From Akkermansia sp. (GTDB taxonomy: Bacteria; Verrucomicrobiota; Verrucomicrobiia; Verrucomicrobiales; Akkermansiaceae): a DNA stretch of 64,000 nt. Position numbers and translations under genes: made by a program. A model generated the notes under the pieces. It worked only from the letters and a program-made list of their open reading frames with translations, had not been told where the DNA came from and made no database searches. Location of the stretch: positions 12,776-76,775 of the forward strand of contig JAVXPO010000001.1 of the NCBI GenBank assembly GCA_036644695.1, given 5' to 3'. Shown here piece after piece: positions 50,172 through 61,206 of the stretch (within the stretch, counting starts at the first letter, position 1; each line of letters begins with the position of its first letter).

Positions 50172-50893
50172 ACCTTCTCTTCTTGCATTCTCATCAATAT
50201 TTGATTAAGTCGGTCAACGTGTTGTACTCATCTACATTTTTACCAATCTTACGATTACCTCAATGTTTTATCCTTGGATTGAGCCTTGCTCTGTTTGTCT
50301 CATGTAGCTCTGAGACAAGCAGGACAACACATCTAGGCAATCATAAAAATGCCAAAGCGATCCAAAGCGATTTAGAGGCAAAACAAACGATGGAGGAACG
50401 CTTCGCTGGCAATTTTACTCAAGTCAAAGGTAAGGATGGGAATATGAAAATTGAGTCAAAGAAGCGAAGTTCATTTGAAAATAACTCGTATGAACCTGGA
50501 GGTACTGATCTTGAAAAAAAAGCATTTGGCACCAAAGCATTTGATAAAAAAAATTACGATGGAGTGGACAAACAATTTGAAACCGCTCAATGGAAAGATT
50601 CTAAAAGCTTAAAGGATGTCAAGTTGGATACACCTGAATTTATTAAAAACACGAAAGGGATTGAACGTAAAAACTGGGATGAAGCAACTAAAGATTACGA
50701 TAACGCCTCCAAGCAAGTGGCAGATCAAGGGAAAAAATGGGATGGGTTAGAGGGGAAAAAACAAGAGCACCTCATGAATGAAAATGTTGCCGATAAACGA
50801 GCTCACTCACCACAAGCTGAAATCATGAGCCCTCAAGAATATCAAATGAAAAGCATTGAAGAGGTGAGAGCCATGATGGGACGAGAGCAATAA
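50141..50893 (+). CDS. Hypothetical lipoprotein (true start probably downstream of 50141)
   Basis: Lipobox LFVSC, K/E/D-rich body; the ORF-track start overlaps a terminator. Confidence 0.7.
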   Translation: MLEGLMPLFFYLLFLHSHQYLIKSVNVLYSSTFLPILRLPQCFILGLSLALFVSCSSETSRTTHLGNHKNAKAIQSDLEAKQTMEERFAGNFTQVKGKDGNMKIESKKRSSFENNSYEPGGTDLEKKAFGTKAFDKKNYDGVDKQFETAQWKDSKSLKDVKLDTPEFIKNTKGIERKNWDEATKDYDNASKQVADQGKKWDGLEGKKQEHLMNENVADKRAHSPQAEIMSPQEYQMKSIEEVRAMMGREQ

Positions 50894-51013
50894 TTTTTCT
50901 TATCACCTTACTTCTTTTGATATTTACGAGGGTCAAGGAACAATGTACGATTCGCCTGTTATCGGTCGTTTATCTTTATTCCCCCTCGCCCATACGTCCA
51001 TTTTATCCTGCTC

Positions 51014-52393
51014 ATGAGTTATTCTACCAACAAATTAGGACGTTTCATCCCATTCATTGGCTGGCTTCTCGTTGGTGGGGTATGTTCTTTTTTCCTCATG
51101 GGGAGAGAATGGTCTCAAATGCAATGGGAAATCCCCGGAACCCCGAGTGAATACCCCTTAGCTCAAATGTTACGCCCGTGGTTAATCTCCATTGGGTGCT
51201 TCCTCCCAGCTATAGTGGCGTTGATCTATGCCTTTGCGGGCATCATGGATCGTTACATTACACGACTTTTCCTCAGTTCCTTTTTTCTTTGTTCCTTGAT
51301 TCTTTGCTTAATTTTCATCTTAGGTGACTTTGCTGAAAATGTAGGCGATTATGGCGAATTTCAAAATCCAATTATGGACACCATGAGGTTTTATTTACTT
51401 CAGTTGCCCATGATTCTTAATCTAATTTTGCCTTATACGCTCTTACTCGGGGTACTTTGGACATTGACCAAGCTCTCTGGGTTCTCTGAAATAACCGGGA
51501 TGCTTCAATCAGGGAGATCGCTCTTGAGGATTACCTTGCCCATTATCCTATGTGCTTGTGGTATCGCAATTTATTTTGGTATCTTCGGCTTTCATTGGGC
51601 ACCGAACTCCACCTTGTACAGGAAGTTACTCTTCTCCTCACTATCGAGTAGTAAAAATATCGATAAAAACCCTGATGCTCGCGCCTGCCTCTATAAAAAC
51701 AATGTAGATGGTCGCATTTGGCGCATCGGCGAGCCCCCAGGAATTGACACCCCTGGAACACCACTCAAACGCATCAGGATTGAGCAATTCAAATCTCCTG
51801 GTGTCCTCGACTATGAACTTTATGCCGACTCTGCCACATGGGATCACGCGAAACGGACATGGACCTTTATCCATGCCTACAAACGGCATCATGTCGATAA
51901 AAAGGATCTGAATAGTATCCCCTACTTTGACCCCACCATCCAAGATTCTCTCACGGCAACCTATCCAGAGACCCCATGGCAACTCATCTCGCCATCATTC
52001 AGGGCAGACACTCAAGGGACGCCACAGATCCAAGACCTTTTAGCAAGCCATGCCACTGATGGGAAAATGGCTCGTGCTTTGCGAACAGAGCTCCATGTAC
52101 GTATTGCCCGCGTGTTCTCTTGCATCATATTAGCCTTTATTGCCATCCCCTCATCTATTACCTTTCAAAGACGCTCACCCATGGCTGGTATAGGTATCGC
52201 CATCTTCCTTGCGGCGGCATTGCTCTTCCTCTATGAATTTTTCCCAACTCTTGCCTCAGCAGGATTTTTGCCAACATGGCTAGGAGCATGGTTCCCCAAC
52301 ATCATTTATATCGGCATCGCCATCTATCTCTTCAAAAAGAATCTCGCCATGAGGACAATCAGTGAATGTCTCAAATCTCGCCATCCATCATAA
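51014..52393 (+). CDS. LptF/LptG family permease
   Basis: DRYITRLFL, SEITGMLQSGRSLLRI, ELHVRIARVFSC, LGAWFPNI. Confidence 0.9.
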   Translation: MSYSTNKLGRFIPFIGWLLVGGVCSFFLMGREWSQMQWEIPGTPSEYPLAQMLRPWLISIGCFLPAIVALIYAFAGIMDRYITRLFLSSFFLCSLILCLIFILGDFAENVGDYGEFQNPIMDTMRFYLLQLPMILNLILPYTLLLGVLWTLTKLSGFSEITGMLQSGRSLLRITLPIILCACGIAIYFGIFGFHWAPNSTLYRKLLFSSLSSSKNIDKNPDARACLYKNNVDGRIWRIGEPPGIDTPGTPLKRIRIEQFKSPGVLDYELYADSATWDHAKRTWTFIHAYKRHHVDKKDLNSIPYFDPTIQDSLTATYPETPWQLISPSFRADTQGTPQIQDLLASHATDGKMARALRTELHVRIARVFSCIILAFIAIPSSITFQRRSPMAGIGIAIFLAAALLFLYEFFPTLASAGFLPTWLGAWFPNIIYIGIAIYLFKKNLAMRTISECLKSRHPS

Positions 52394-52395
52394 CA

Positions 52396-53082
52396 ATGGA
52401 TATGAGTCATCATCAAGCTCACTCACTAACCCCATTACCTCAAGCCATTATCTTTGACTTTGACGGGCTTTTAGTTGATACAGAGGGCGCGATCTACAAT
52501 TCATGGGTACGCGTCTTTGAGCAAGAGGGGCACACCCTCCCCCTCCATCTCTTTAATCAATGCCTGGGTAGCGGATATACCCACTGGAACCCAGCTGACC
52601 ATCTTGAATCACTCACGGGTAAAAGCTATGACTGGCTGTCAATCAACGCCGAGCGTCAAGAGCACATTCATCAAGACCTCGCACGCAAAGGATTACTCCC
52701 GGGGGCGATAGAAATCCTCAATTTTTGTCGCGATGAGTCGATCCCTCTCGCGGTTGCCTCTAGTTCATCTCATCATTGGGTTGATACTTGGCTGGAGAAG
52801 TTAGGAATCATCGATCGCTTCCAATCCATTGTCTGCCGAGATGACGGCTATCCCGTCAAACCCAACCCGGATCTTTTCCTTGCGGCGGCTAAAAATATCG
52901 GCATTGCCAACCATCATTGCCTCGTTTTTGAAGATTCTCAAAATGGGACAACTGCTGCACTCAAAGCAGGTATGCGCGTCATTGCCATCCCTAATAAAAT
53001 CACGAACCAGGCTGATTTTACTCAAGCAACATTCCGCCTCAATAGCTTACATGAGGCTCTCCAACTCTTGAAAACAAAGTAA
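52396..53082 (+). CDS. HAD family phosphatase
   Basis: FDFDGLLVDTE, ASSS, KPNPDLF, FEDSQNG. Confidence 0.93.
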   Translation: MDMSHHQAHSLTPLPQAIIFDFDGLLVDTEGAIYNSWVRVFEQEGHTLPLHLFNQCLGSGYTHWNPADHLESLTGKSYDWLSINAERQEHIHQDLARKGLLPGAIEILNFCRDESIPLAVASSSSHHWVDTWLEKLGIIDRFQSIVCRDDGYPVKPNPDLFLAAAKNIGIANHHCLVFEDSQNGTTAALKAGMRVIAIPNKITNQADFTQATFRLNSLHEALQLLKTK

Positions 53083-53102
53083 TAAGATATAAAATCTCTC
53101 CT

Positions 53103-53555
53103 TTATTCCTCATACTCTGACCACGAGCTACTGGTCTCCCATACGCGAACACGCTCTAGTTGCACATCAACGCGGACGGGGTATTCAAAAAGCCCCTGCT
53201 TTGCTTTGAGAAGAGCAGTCGCTGCGTAATGATAGATTTTGCGTGCCATCGCCTCGCTCGTTGGATCTTGCCCCTCAAATGGGATAATGCGCTCACCATA
53301 AGCCTCCTTAAACGCAGCATAATGAGAATCAAGCGTATTCATACATAGTGAATGGTCAAACTGTTCGAGGAACTCGCCCAACATCTCCTTGACCACCTTA
53401 AAATCCATCACCATATCGTTGTCATCCAAGCTATCTGCTGTAAAAATGATTTCGACAGCACGAGTATGACCATGAGGAAATTTACAATTTCCTGGGTGTT
53501 TCGATAAGAGGTGTCCGCTCTCTAACTCAATGCTTTTACAGATACGATACGGCAT
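53103..53555 (-). CDS. queD: 6-carboxytetrahydropterin synthase
   Basis: SGHLL...CKFPHGHT, MDFKVVK, DHSLCMN, PTSEAMA, VWET; likely start MPYRIC at 53555. Confidence 0.9.
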   Translation of the reverse strand: MPYRICKSIELESGHLLSKHPGNCKFPHGHTRAVEIIFTADSLDDNDMVMDFKVVKEMLGEFLEQFDHSLCMNTLDSHYAAFKEAYGERIIPFEGQDPTSEAMARKIYHYAATALLKAKQGLFEYPVRVDVQLERVRVWETSSSWSEYEE

Positions 53556-53609
53556 ACAGAAGATAATGAGATGTCCCGACAAAAGGTCAATCCGAAAAGC
53601 TGTAGCCAA

Positions 53610-54158
53610 TTAGACAGAAACATCCGCCTTAGGAGCATCAGTAACATCTGTTGGGGATAATTGTCCTTTATCGCGCACACGAGTTAGCATAAAGGATTTT
53701 TCTCGACAGATAGACAAGGTCAATCCGACAACAAGAGCGAGTAATACACAAACAGTTTTTACCCCATTATCAAAAAAGCTAATAATCGACTCATGGGTCG
53801 TTGCATCATCGCTACTTTGAGAAATATTAATCAACGATAAAATAGCTCGATAGGCAAACATCCCAGGAATCATCGGCAAGAGAGAGGGAAAACAAAAAAC
53901 CTCGGCAGGGCAATGAATCCGTCGAGCAAAAAAGATACTCATCAACCCGATAGAGAATGCAGCAAGCCCCGTTGATACCACAAGACCCATTGGTGTATAA
54001 TTAACTAAGCCAAAACGTAGTGCATGACCAATTGCAGAAAGGAGAGCGCATACTAGAATCGACTTACGCGGAGGATTTGAGATCACGGCAAAGCCCACTG
54101 CCGCAATGGCAGCAAAAAGTCCATCCATCAGGAGGGCTTGTAAGCAAAAGTCACTCAT
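53610..54158 (-). CDS. Threonine/serine exporter family, small subunit (YjjB-like)
   Basis: AAVGFAVISN, LLPMIPGMFAY; paired with the upstream ThrE gene. Confidence 0.88.
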   Translation of the reverse strand: MSDFCLQALLMDGLFAAIAAVGFAVISNPPRKSILVCALLSAIGHALRFGLVNYTPMGLVVSTGLAAFSIGLMSIFFARRIHCPAEVFCFPSLLPMIPGMFAYRAILSLINISQSSDDATTHESIISFFDNGVKTVCVLLALVVGLTLSICREKSFMLTRVRDKGQLSPTDVTDAPKADVSV

Positions 54159-54946
54159 ATCGTCTCAATTCTTAAAATATACAAGGTTAACGCCAACCCG
54201 AGCGCAATACAAATAATCAAGGTAAAGGCATTCATCATCCGAGAGATACCCATCAGCACATACCCCTCTAAAATATCAATCACGGCGTTAATTAACGGTA
54301 CTCCAGGAATCAGGAATAAAACGCTCGATGCCAAAGCAATACTAGGCGTTGTCCCCAGCTTAAAACAAACGGCAAGAGATCCAACCATAGAGGCAATAAA
54401 TGCACAAATGATAAAAACGATCATCAAATTCATGCGACGCTCCAACAACTCTTGTCTTACAAAAAAGCCTACCAGCGTAGCAATAAAAACGACACCCATC
54501 GCCCAAATATCTCCTTGGAACAATCGACAAAATGAGGCATTAGCACAAGCCACTAAAAATAAAACAAGCCACCGCGACATGCGCGGTTTGGCGAGTATTG
54601 CCTTATATTTTTTCTTAAAATCTGACACCGTCAACTTTTTATCAACCACCTCCCAACTCAAATTACTGAGTAATGAGATGGTCTCAAAATTGAGAGCATG
54701 GTGATTGATTTTAGTAATAAGCGTTTGCCTGACAGAATGATCCTCACGATCCGTTGCAGACATAATAATCGTGTGCTGAAAAATCGTAATCGCAACACTA
54801 TACCCAAAGGTCTCGGCAATACGCGACATATTGCGAACAACTCGCGACGTATGAGACCCAGATTCCATTAAACTCACCCCATATTTCAACAGAATATCCG
54901 AAGATTCAATAATAACTGCTCTAAGGCTGGTGGGCGGAGGAACCAT
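54155..54946 (-). CDS. Threonine/serine exporter family, ThrE domain (YjjP-like)
   Basis: LMESGSHTSRV, CRLFQGD, LIPGVPLINAVID. Confidence 0.9.
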   Translation of the reverse strand: MVPPPTSLRAVIIESSDILLKYGVSLMESGSHTSRVVRNMSRIAETFGYSVAITIFQHTIIMSATDREDHSVRQTLITKINHHALNFETISLLSNLSWEVVDKKLTVSDFKKKYKAILAKPRMSRWLVLFLVACANASFCRLFQGDIWAMGVVFIATLVGFFVRQELLERRMNLMIVFIICAFIASMVGSLAVCFKLGTTPSIALASSVLFLIPGVPLINAVIDILEGYVLMGISRMMNAFTLIICIALGLALTLYILRIETI

Positions 54947-55043
54947 ATAAAGGATAATTTAGAAATGGATAAATACCCAAAGGATGCGCGCATCAAATAC
55001 GCTCATTTGAGAGATCAGTCAAGAAGCAAACTATGAAGATTGC

Positions 55044-56579
55044 TTAAAAATTGAAATCAAAAAATAATTCCATTGTTCCCCCTGACAATTCCTGAACAAC
55101 CTCGGGGGGCATAGGCGGGATAGGTGCCTGTCTGATAGCTAAAAAAGTGAAAGAATTTTGGGCAACACTTGCCCCATCTCGACTCATGAGCCTCATTGAG
55201 CTCACCTTACCACGGGAATTGATCCAAATACGTATTCTCAAAGTACCCGTTACGATTAAATCTCGATTGCGATCGCATTGAGCATACCAACATGCGCCAA
55301 TTGTTCGATAAATAATCTCTTGATACCTCCCCATAGGAGTCGCGGCAACATCCATTGAAGCAGTGCGTCCAAAGCTAAATTTGCCAGTCGTACGCGTTTT
55401 GCGCTCTGCTGTCCTAAATCCTGGCTGTGAACTTGAGCTAAACATCGGATCATAGATCGGTTGAGATTGCTTTTTATTCTTTTGATTAAGGGTCTTGGTT
55501 GGTGACTTAGAGGCGTTTTCAGAGGCATTTGCCACACCGCGAGGTATGGGGATTGATACAGAGGGATTGATTAACGCCTCTGATGGTAACGGACGAGCCC
55601 CTGCTTTTGGCAATGTCTTTACTCGATTATTAGGCATGACATTAGTCAATCTCTCTGCCTCATGTAAGGCATCGGTCAATGAGTGAGTCTCTGTAGGGCG
55701 AGGGGCTTGCTCAACATTTTTGCTATCAGGTGTCTTTGCTTGTTGATGATCTCGTGGCGGAGTCTCAGAATGAGGCGGGACATCTCTCTCTCCATGACGA
55801 TGCTCTCGATCTTGTGATGGAGAGGACGTATCCACTTGTGAGGGGAGCTGATTAGTCAATTTCGCTGGAGTCTTTGATTGCTCTGTTTTGACCGCATTAT
55901 CTGTATTAGGCGATGGAGTAGACACGTCAGGATTGCCATCGGATCGCCCTTTTTGTTGCTCTGGCAACGAGGGATCAGTCAAGTTGGGGGACTCTGCCTT
56001 TTGAGGAGGCTGAGGCATCTGGGGGCTTGAGACCGATTGAGGCAATCGCTTCACAAATCGATTAACGGCTACTTGAGGAGAGGTGGTTTGCGGTGATTGA
56101 GCAGGATTACCAAGTGATTCATGATCCATTGCCCCGTCTTGCCGAGCTTGGTCAAATAAGACAATTTCTCGATCTTTGCCATCTATACCATCCTGTGAGG
56201 GCATCTCTTTTTTATCCTCTGGCGCTTTAGGTCCCCCCGATGCCTTCGTCGAGCGAGAGCTGACATAAGCTGCATCTTTAGGCGCTTGAGCAATCTCTTG
56301 TGCGGGGTTCGTCTTGATAAATGAAGGGGCTTTTTTCTCCAGCTCTCGCTTCTTCTCTGATTTATTTTTAGCCGTGGAGACAACCTTATGAATCGTCCGA
56401 GAATGAGCAGGGGCTGAATTAACTTTTTTAGGCTGTTTGGCACAAGCTCGTATAACAAACTTAGGCATAGGAACAACTGTCACGACACCAACAAAGGCAA
56501 AATGGATTAAAAGAGATAACAGCAGAGACAGCTTCCATGATGTCTCAAATATTACTCTCCCTTCCTTTTTCTTGAACAC
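55044..56579 (-). CDS. TolA/TonB-like protein with long Pro/Ser/Gln-rich linker
   Basis: N-terminal TM (SLLLSLLIHFAF), low-complexity linker, C-terminal domain YQEIIYRTIGACW...INSRGKV...AIRQAPIPPMP. Confidence 0.75.
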   Translation of the reverse strand: MFKKKEGRVIFETSWKLSLLLSLLIHFAFVGVVTVVPMPKFVIRACAKQPKKVNSAPAHSRTIHKVVSTAKNKSEKKRELEKKAPSFIKTNPAQEIAQAPKDAAYVSSRSTKASGGPKAPEDKKEMPSQDGIDGKDREIVLFDQARQDGAMDHESLGNPAQSPQTTSPQVAVNRFVKRLPQSVSSPQMPQPPQKAESPNLTDPSLPEQQKGRSDGNPDVSTPSPNTDNAVKTEQSKTPAKLTNQLPSQVDTSSPSQDREHRHGERDVPPHSETPPRDHQQAKTPDSKNVEQAPRPTETHSLTDALHEAERLTNVMPNNRVKTLPKAGARPLPSEALINPSVSIPIPRGVANASENASKSPTKTLNQKNKKQSQPIYDPMFSSSSQPGFRTAERKTRTTGKFSFGRTASMDVAATPMGRYQEIIYRTIGACWYAQCDRNRDLIVTGTLRIRIWINSRGKVSSMRLMSRDGASVAQNSFTFLAIRQAPIPPMPPEVVQELSGGTMELFFDFNF

Positions 56580-56761
56580 GGAGGAGAGTTTCCCACAATC
56601 AGAGGGCTACACGCAATACGGAAACAAGCCATTTACGAAGAAGTAGTAGATTTTGATTGCACAAAAGGGGTAAATCGCCCATATCTATCAAAGATAATCT
56701 GCCCACATCCCATGTGGAGCCTTTGATTCCATCCATACAACACCTAAACCTGTTTTTACCT

Positions 56762-57280
56762 ATGCCCAACCTTAACAAAGTATTTCTCATGGGAAACCTG
56801 ACCGCAGACCCTGAAGTCAGATACACCCCTAAAGGCACCGCTGTCACCGACATTCGCCTTGCCATCAATCGTTACGTCGCAGGTGGTGCAGCTGGCGCGG
56901 CTGAGCAAACTGATCGACAAGAAGAAACAACATTTGTCGATATTACCCTCTGGAATCGCCAAGCCGAAATCACAGCTAACTATTTGACGAAAGGTAGTGG
57001 TGTCTTCATCGAAGGTCGTTTACAACTCGACTCGTGGGAAGATAAACAAACAGGACAAAAACGCACCAAACTGCGCGTTATTGGTGAGAATGTCCAATTC
57101 CTCCCTCGTGGTGGTGGCAACGAAGGCGGACAGGCTCGCTCCGCAGGATCTGCCCCTCGCAACAATAATTATCAACGTCCTGCCGCACAAGGATATGGTC
57201 AGCCCCCAGCTGGCGATACCTTTAATGCCCCATCCGCACCTCCAGCAGATAACTTTGCCGACGACGACATTCCGTTCTAA
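56762..57280 (+). CDS. ssb: Single-stranded DNA-binding protein
   Basis: NLNKVFLMGNLTADPEVRYTP, IEGRLQLDSW, acidic tail DDDIPF. Confidence 0.97.
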   Translation: MPNLNKVFLMGNLTADPEVRYTPKGTAVTDIRLAINRYVAGGAAGAAEQTDRQEETTFVDITLWNRQAEITANYLTKGSGVFIEGRLQLDSWEDKQTGQKRTKLRVIGENVQFLPRGGGNEGGQARSAGSAPRNNNYQRPAAQGYGQPPAGDTFNAPSAPPADNFADDDIPF

Positions 57281-57301
57281 AGAACAGATATATCTTTAAC
57301 C

Positions 57302-57342
57302 ATAAGCCCCTTGAGGAAATATTCTCTCAAGGGGCTTATTTT
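57302..57342. terminator. Bidirectional intrinsic terminator
   Basis: ATAAGCCCCTTGAG-N10-CTCAAGGGGCTTAT between convergent ssb and hslO. Confidence 0.85.
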
Positions 57343-57356
57343 GATCATAAATAAGC

Positions 57357-58133
57357 TCAAAGAGACTCAAGCATCTTGCGAGTCACCTGATAAATGGCGG
57401 CGCATCGGGGACATGTAATCTCCATTTCATCTTTCCCATCAAATAATTCGTCCAACTGATCCTTCATTGTCGATAAAGTTGGCAAAATACGATCTAGTGT
57501 ACAGCCACAATAAAAGCGAAATTTGCGAGTTTCTAAAACTTTAGTTTGTTCTGTTTCATCAATGCGAGCCATCTCTTCCATCGTCAATTGCTCAAGCCAT
57601 TCAACATCGGCATCTGGTTGCGCACTAATCAACGTATAAACCTCATTAGGTAATTGGAAGCAACGAGCCTTCCTCTGCTCACTTTGCTCATAAAAATCCT
57701 CAACCCATTGATCAGGAGCATCTCCATGTAATTTGATCACGGATGAGCAAGGCTCTTGATCTTTCCTATACATTTGAGCAAACAATAAATTAGATTCAGG
57801 TACATTGATATCCTTTGTAAAAATGCGACCCGTAACAGACTCGGTTAAGGAGGAGCCTGTTACAAATAAATTAGCGGCAACAGGAGTCTTTAAGTTAACA
57901 GTCCAAGCATGTTGCTCTGCCCACGGACGAGCCACTAAATGTAAGGTAAAATAAGCCAATAAATCCTTAAACATCGAATCACAAGGGTCTGTATTGCGCA
58001 AACCGTATTGCATGAGATGCAAATAATAATCTGTAAACAATGATGGAAAATGCCCTCGCAATAAATGGCAATTGCGCTCTCTGACAAAAATAGACTCAAT
58101 CTTAACGAATTCCTCAACAATCTCTTCGTTCAT
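57357..58133 (-). CDS. hslO: Hsp33 family redox-regulated chaperone
   Basis: C-terminal zinc motif FYCGC...ITCPRC; likely start MNEEIV at 58133. Confidence 0.8.
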   Translation of the reverse strand: MNEEIVEEFVKIESIFVRERNCHLLRGHFPSLFTDYYLHLMQYGLRNTDPCDSMFKDLLAYFTLHLVARPWAEQHAWTVNLKTPVAANLFVTGSSLTESVTGRIFTKDINVPESNLLFAQMYRKDQEPCSSVIKLHGDAPDQWVEDFYEQSEQRKARCFQLPNEVYTLISAQPDADVEWLEQLTMEEMARIDETEQTKVLETRKFRFYCGCTLDRILPTLSTMKDQLDELFDGKDEMEITCPRCAAIYQVTRKMLESL

Positions 58134-58246
58134 ATATAGAACGATGCTCTTAATCGACATTTTGTTCAATGTTTCTGATCGTCATCACCCTTTAGAGTTG
58201 CAAGAGGGAACCCCCTCCCTATACTATCGCACTCACGGAATAAGTT

Positions 58247-59524
58247 ATGGAAAAATTGGTTGTACACGGCGGATGCACTCTACGGGGAGCTGTCAATATC
58301 AGTGGCTCAAAAAATGCCTCGTTACCTATTTTGGCGGCGTCCCTTCTTACGGATGAACCCGTCGTGATTCGTCGAGTCCCCGATGTGTCTGACACCAACT
58401 ATATGATCCAGATATTAGGTCAATTAGGTGCCGATGTAGAACGCTCTAGTGGTAATGTCCGCATCCATGCTGCCAATATTCATTCAAGTGCCACTTATGA
58501 ACAAGTGCGCAAAATGCGCGCCTCAATCTGCCTCTTAGGTCCCATCCTTGCACGCAAACATGAATGTCACATCCCCCTACCTGGCGGATGCGTCATTGGC
58601 GACCGTCCCGTCGATCTCCATATTCGCGCAGTAGAAGCTCTAGGCGCACATGTTAAAATTGAGGAAGGCAACCTCATTATCTCAGCCCCTAATGGATTAA
58701 AAGGCACAACTGTTGATCTACGTGGCGATAATGGACCTACAGTTTTAGGCACCGACAACCTCATGATGGTGGCAAGCATGGCACAAGGAACGACTGTCAT
58801 TGAGTCTGCTGCCTGTGAACCAGAAGTCGTTGATCTTGCCAACTTCCTCATCAAAATGGGGGCTCGCATCGAAGGTGCCGGCACGAGCCGCATCACCATC
58901 CAAGGGGTCAACAAACTCCACTCTTGCAATCACATCGTCATCCCTGACCGCATTGAGGCAGGCACCTTCATGGTTGCCGCCGCAATGGTAGGCGATGGGG
59001 TCACTATTCGACGCGTCAAAAGAGAGCATCTGACGGCAATCACCTCTCTCTTACAAGATTGTGGTTATCAAATCGATTTTAATGAAAAGGGAGATACTGT
59101 CACCGTCTCTCGCAATGGGACGATTAAAAGCAGTCAAATCTCGACATCGCCCTACCCTGGCTATCCAACAGATATGCAGGCTCAAATGACTGCACTCTTT
59201 GCAACGACCCCAGGCATCAGCGTCGTCAAAGACACCATCTTCCCCCAACGTTTTATGCACTGCTCTGAGTTGAAACGCATGGGTGCTAATATTAAAGTGG
59301 ACAATGGTTCTGCGGTCATCACTGGTGTAGAAAAACTCAGCGGTGCCCCCGTCATGGCATCTGATTTACGTGCCTCTGCCGCACTCGTACTTGCCGCGTT
59401 AAAAGCCGAAGGAACTACGGAAATTCATCGACTTTATCATATTGATCGAGGATATGAAATGATTGATGAAAAATTACTCTCCATTGGGGCTGCCGTCGAA
59501 CGCCTCCCTGATGACGAAGAATAA
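58247..59524 (+). CDS. murA: UDP-N-acetylglucosamine 1-carboxyvinyltransferase
   Basis: [51 protein letters not shown]. Confidence 0.98.
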   Translation: MEKLVVHGGCTLRGAVNISGSKNASLPILAASLLTDEPVVIRRVPDVSDTNYMIQILGQLGADVERSSGNVRIHAANIHSSATYEQVRKMRASICLLGPILARKHECHIPLPGGCVIGDRPVDLHIRAVEALGAHVKIEEGNLIISAPNGLKGTTVDLRGDNGPTVLGTDNLMMVASMAQGTTVIESAACEPEVVDLANFLIKMGARIEGAGTSRITIQGVNKLHSCNHIVIPDRIEAGTFMVAAAMVGDGVTIRRVKREHLTAITSLLQDCGYQIDFNEKGDTVTVSRNGTIKSSQISTSPYPGYPTDMQAQMTALFATTPGISVVKDTIFPQRFMHCSELKRMGANIKVDNGSAVITGVEKLSGAPVMASDLRASAALVLAALKAEGTTEIHRLYHIDRGYEMIDEKLLSIGAAVERLPDDEE

Positions 59525-59635
59525 AAATCAATGGTTTCCAAGCTACTAAACTCTACTACTAGCAAGGAAAAATAACAGAAATGGGCGTTTTTACCTTTAC
59601 TACCTTTGGATTTCTAGCTAAAAGATAACTTTCAT

Positions 59636-59902
59636 ATGAACAAGGCGCAACTCATCGAAGTAATTCAGAAGAAATTGGGAGCAGAAGCTACCAAAAAGCA
59701 AGCGGAAGAAGCTCTTGCCGCTGTCGTTGAAGCCATTAAAATTGGTGTTAAAGACGACAAGGTTCAGATCATGGGTTTTGGTACATTTGCAACCAAAACA
59801 CGTGCTGCCCGTACAGGACGCAATCCCAAGACTGGCGATACGATCAATATTCCTGCATCCAAAACGGTTGCTTTTAAGGCATCTTCTGCTTTGAAAGACT
59901 AA
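59636..59902 (+). CDS. hup: DNA-binding protein HU
   Basis: MNKAQLI...GFGTF...RAARTGRNPKTG...AFKASSALKD. Confidence 0.96.
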   Translation: MNKAQLIEVIQKKLGAEATKKQAEEALAAVVEAIKIGVKDDKVQIMGFGTFATKTRAARTGRNPKTGDTINIPASKTVAFKASSALKD

Positions 59903-59927
59903 ATTCCTTATTTATAAGGAATTGATC

Positions 59928-59959
59928 ACCTGCATCCTTTCGAGGGTGCAGGTTTTTTT
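59928..59959 (+). terminator. Intrinsic terminator
   Basis: ACCTGCATCCT-TTCG-AGGGTGCAGGT-TTTTT (UUCG loop). Confidence 0.9.
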
Positions 59960-60073
59960 ACACTCATCTCTCGCAACATATTGATTCTTGCTTCACATGA
60001 CATGTTGATTTTGATAAGATACACTAAATAGAGGATTTCCCTTGCCTCTTCTTCATTTTATCTCCTCATTCCC

Positions 60074-61177
60074 ATGAAATTGTATAATCGTTACCTTCTT
60101 CCTTTGGCTGTCGCCTGCTTATTAACAGCTCCCCTCCAAGCACAAACTCCCGAGGAGATCTATCTCCAAGCAGACACCATGATCTCCAAGGCAAAACGGT
60201 TAGAATCACAACAATTCTATGCCAGTGCCGATGAATCAATTACCCAAGCACAAACTGCACTCAATACACTCAAATCATCAAACCCTGATTGGCATCCTGA
60301 GTGGATTGAAAAAAAACTAGCTACAGTCGCAGAACTATCTGGAAGCATTACCCCTAAAGCAAAAGAACATCCCGACTCTAAAGAAAAAATATCAACGGGG
60401 AAAAATCACTCTGTCCTCCCCACAACAAAAAAAGAAATCTCCATTGTCGAGGAATCCCTCAAGCCAACAGTCAATATTTCGCTTGGCATCCCAGCTCCTG
60501 TCGAAGTACTCAAGGGAAGCGCACATGAAAGATTCCTAAAAAACAACCCTGCTTATCTTGCCTACCAACAAGAGCTTAAAGAAGAAAAACGTCAACAAGC
60601 CATCCAAGATAAAGAACGCCAACAACAATGGCAACTTCAGGAACGAGACAATAAGCGTCGGATGGATGAATTAGCGCAACAAGAGGATAAATATCGCAAA
60701 GAAGTCGCTCGATTAGAGAAAGAACAAAAACGCCTCGCCGCCCCACAAGTTAGCTCAATCAAGCAACCAACTATCCCAGTATCACCCCCCGCTCTTGTCG
60801 ATACACCCCGTTCACCTGTCCATGCTCCACAACAACAAATAGTAGCTCGTCAACAAGCACTAGCAGAGCAAGAAGCCAATCGTCAAGCTCTCGCCATTGC
60901 CAAACAACAGCAACAAGCACAAGTGGCACAAGCTCAAGCATTACATGCCCAAGCACTCGAAAACTCCAAACGATTAGAAGCCGAAAGAGCCAAATTACTC
61001 AACGACCAAAAATTACTGGAGCAAAGCCGTCTTGCCGCACAAGCAGAGAAAGAACGCGTCCTCCAACGTCAAAAACAAGAGGAAGAGACAGCAAGAAGAA
61101 AAGCACTATCTCGACCACGACCTGTTGAATCAAAAACGATTAGGGGCGAAGGCCGCTCAAGATTTCGTATTGGTTAA
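60074..61177 (+). CDS. Exported hypothetical coiled-coil protein
   Basis: Signal peptide, helical N-domain (EEIYLQA...NPDWHPEW), two Q/A/E-rich coiled coils separated by a Pro-rich linker. Confidence 0.8.
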   Translation: MKLYNRYLLPLAVACLLTAPLQAQTPEEIYLQADTMISKAKRLESQQFYASADESITQAQTALNTLKSSNPDWHPEWIEKKLATVAELSGSITPKAKEHPDSKEKISTGKNHSVLPTTKKEISIVEESLKPTVNISLGIPAPVEVLKGSAHERFLKNNPAYLAYQQELKEEKRQQAIQDKERQQQWQLQERDNKRRMDELAQQEDKYRKEVARLEKEQKRLAAPQVSSIKQPTIPVSPPALVDTPRSPVHAPQQQIVARQQALAEQEANRQALAIAKQQQQAQVAQAQALHAQALENSKRLEAERAKLLNDQKLLEQSRLAAQAEKERVLQRQKQEEETARRKALSRPRPVESKTIRGEGRSRFRIG

Positions 61178-61206
61178 GTTAGAATAATCCTCAATCAATT
61201 TTACTA

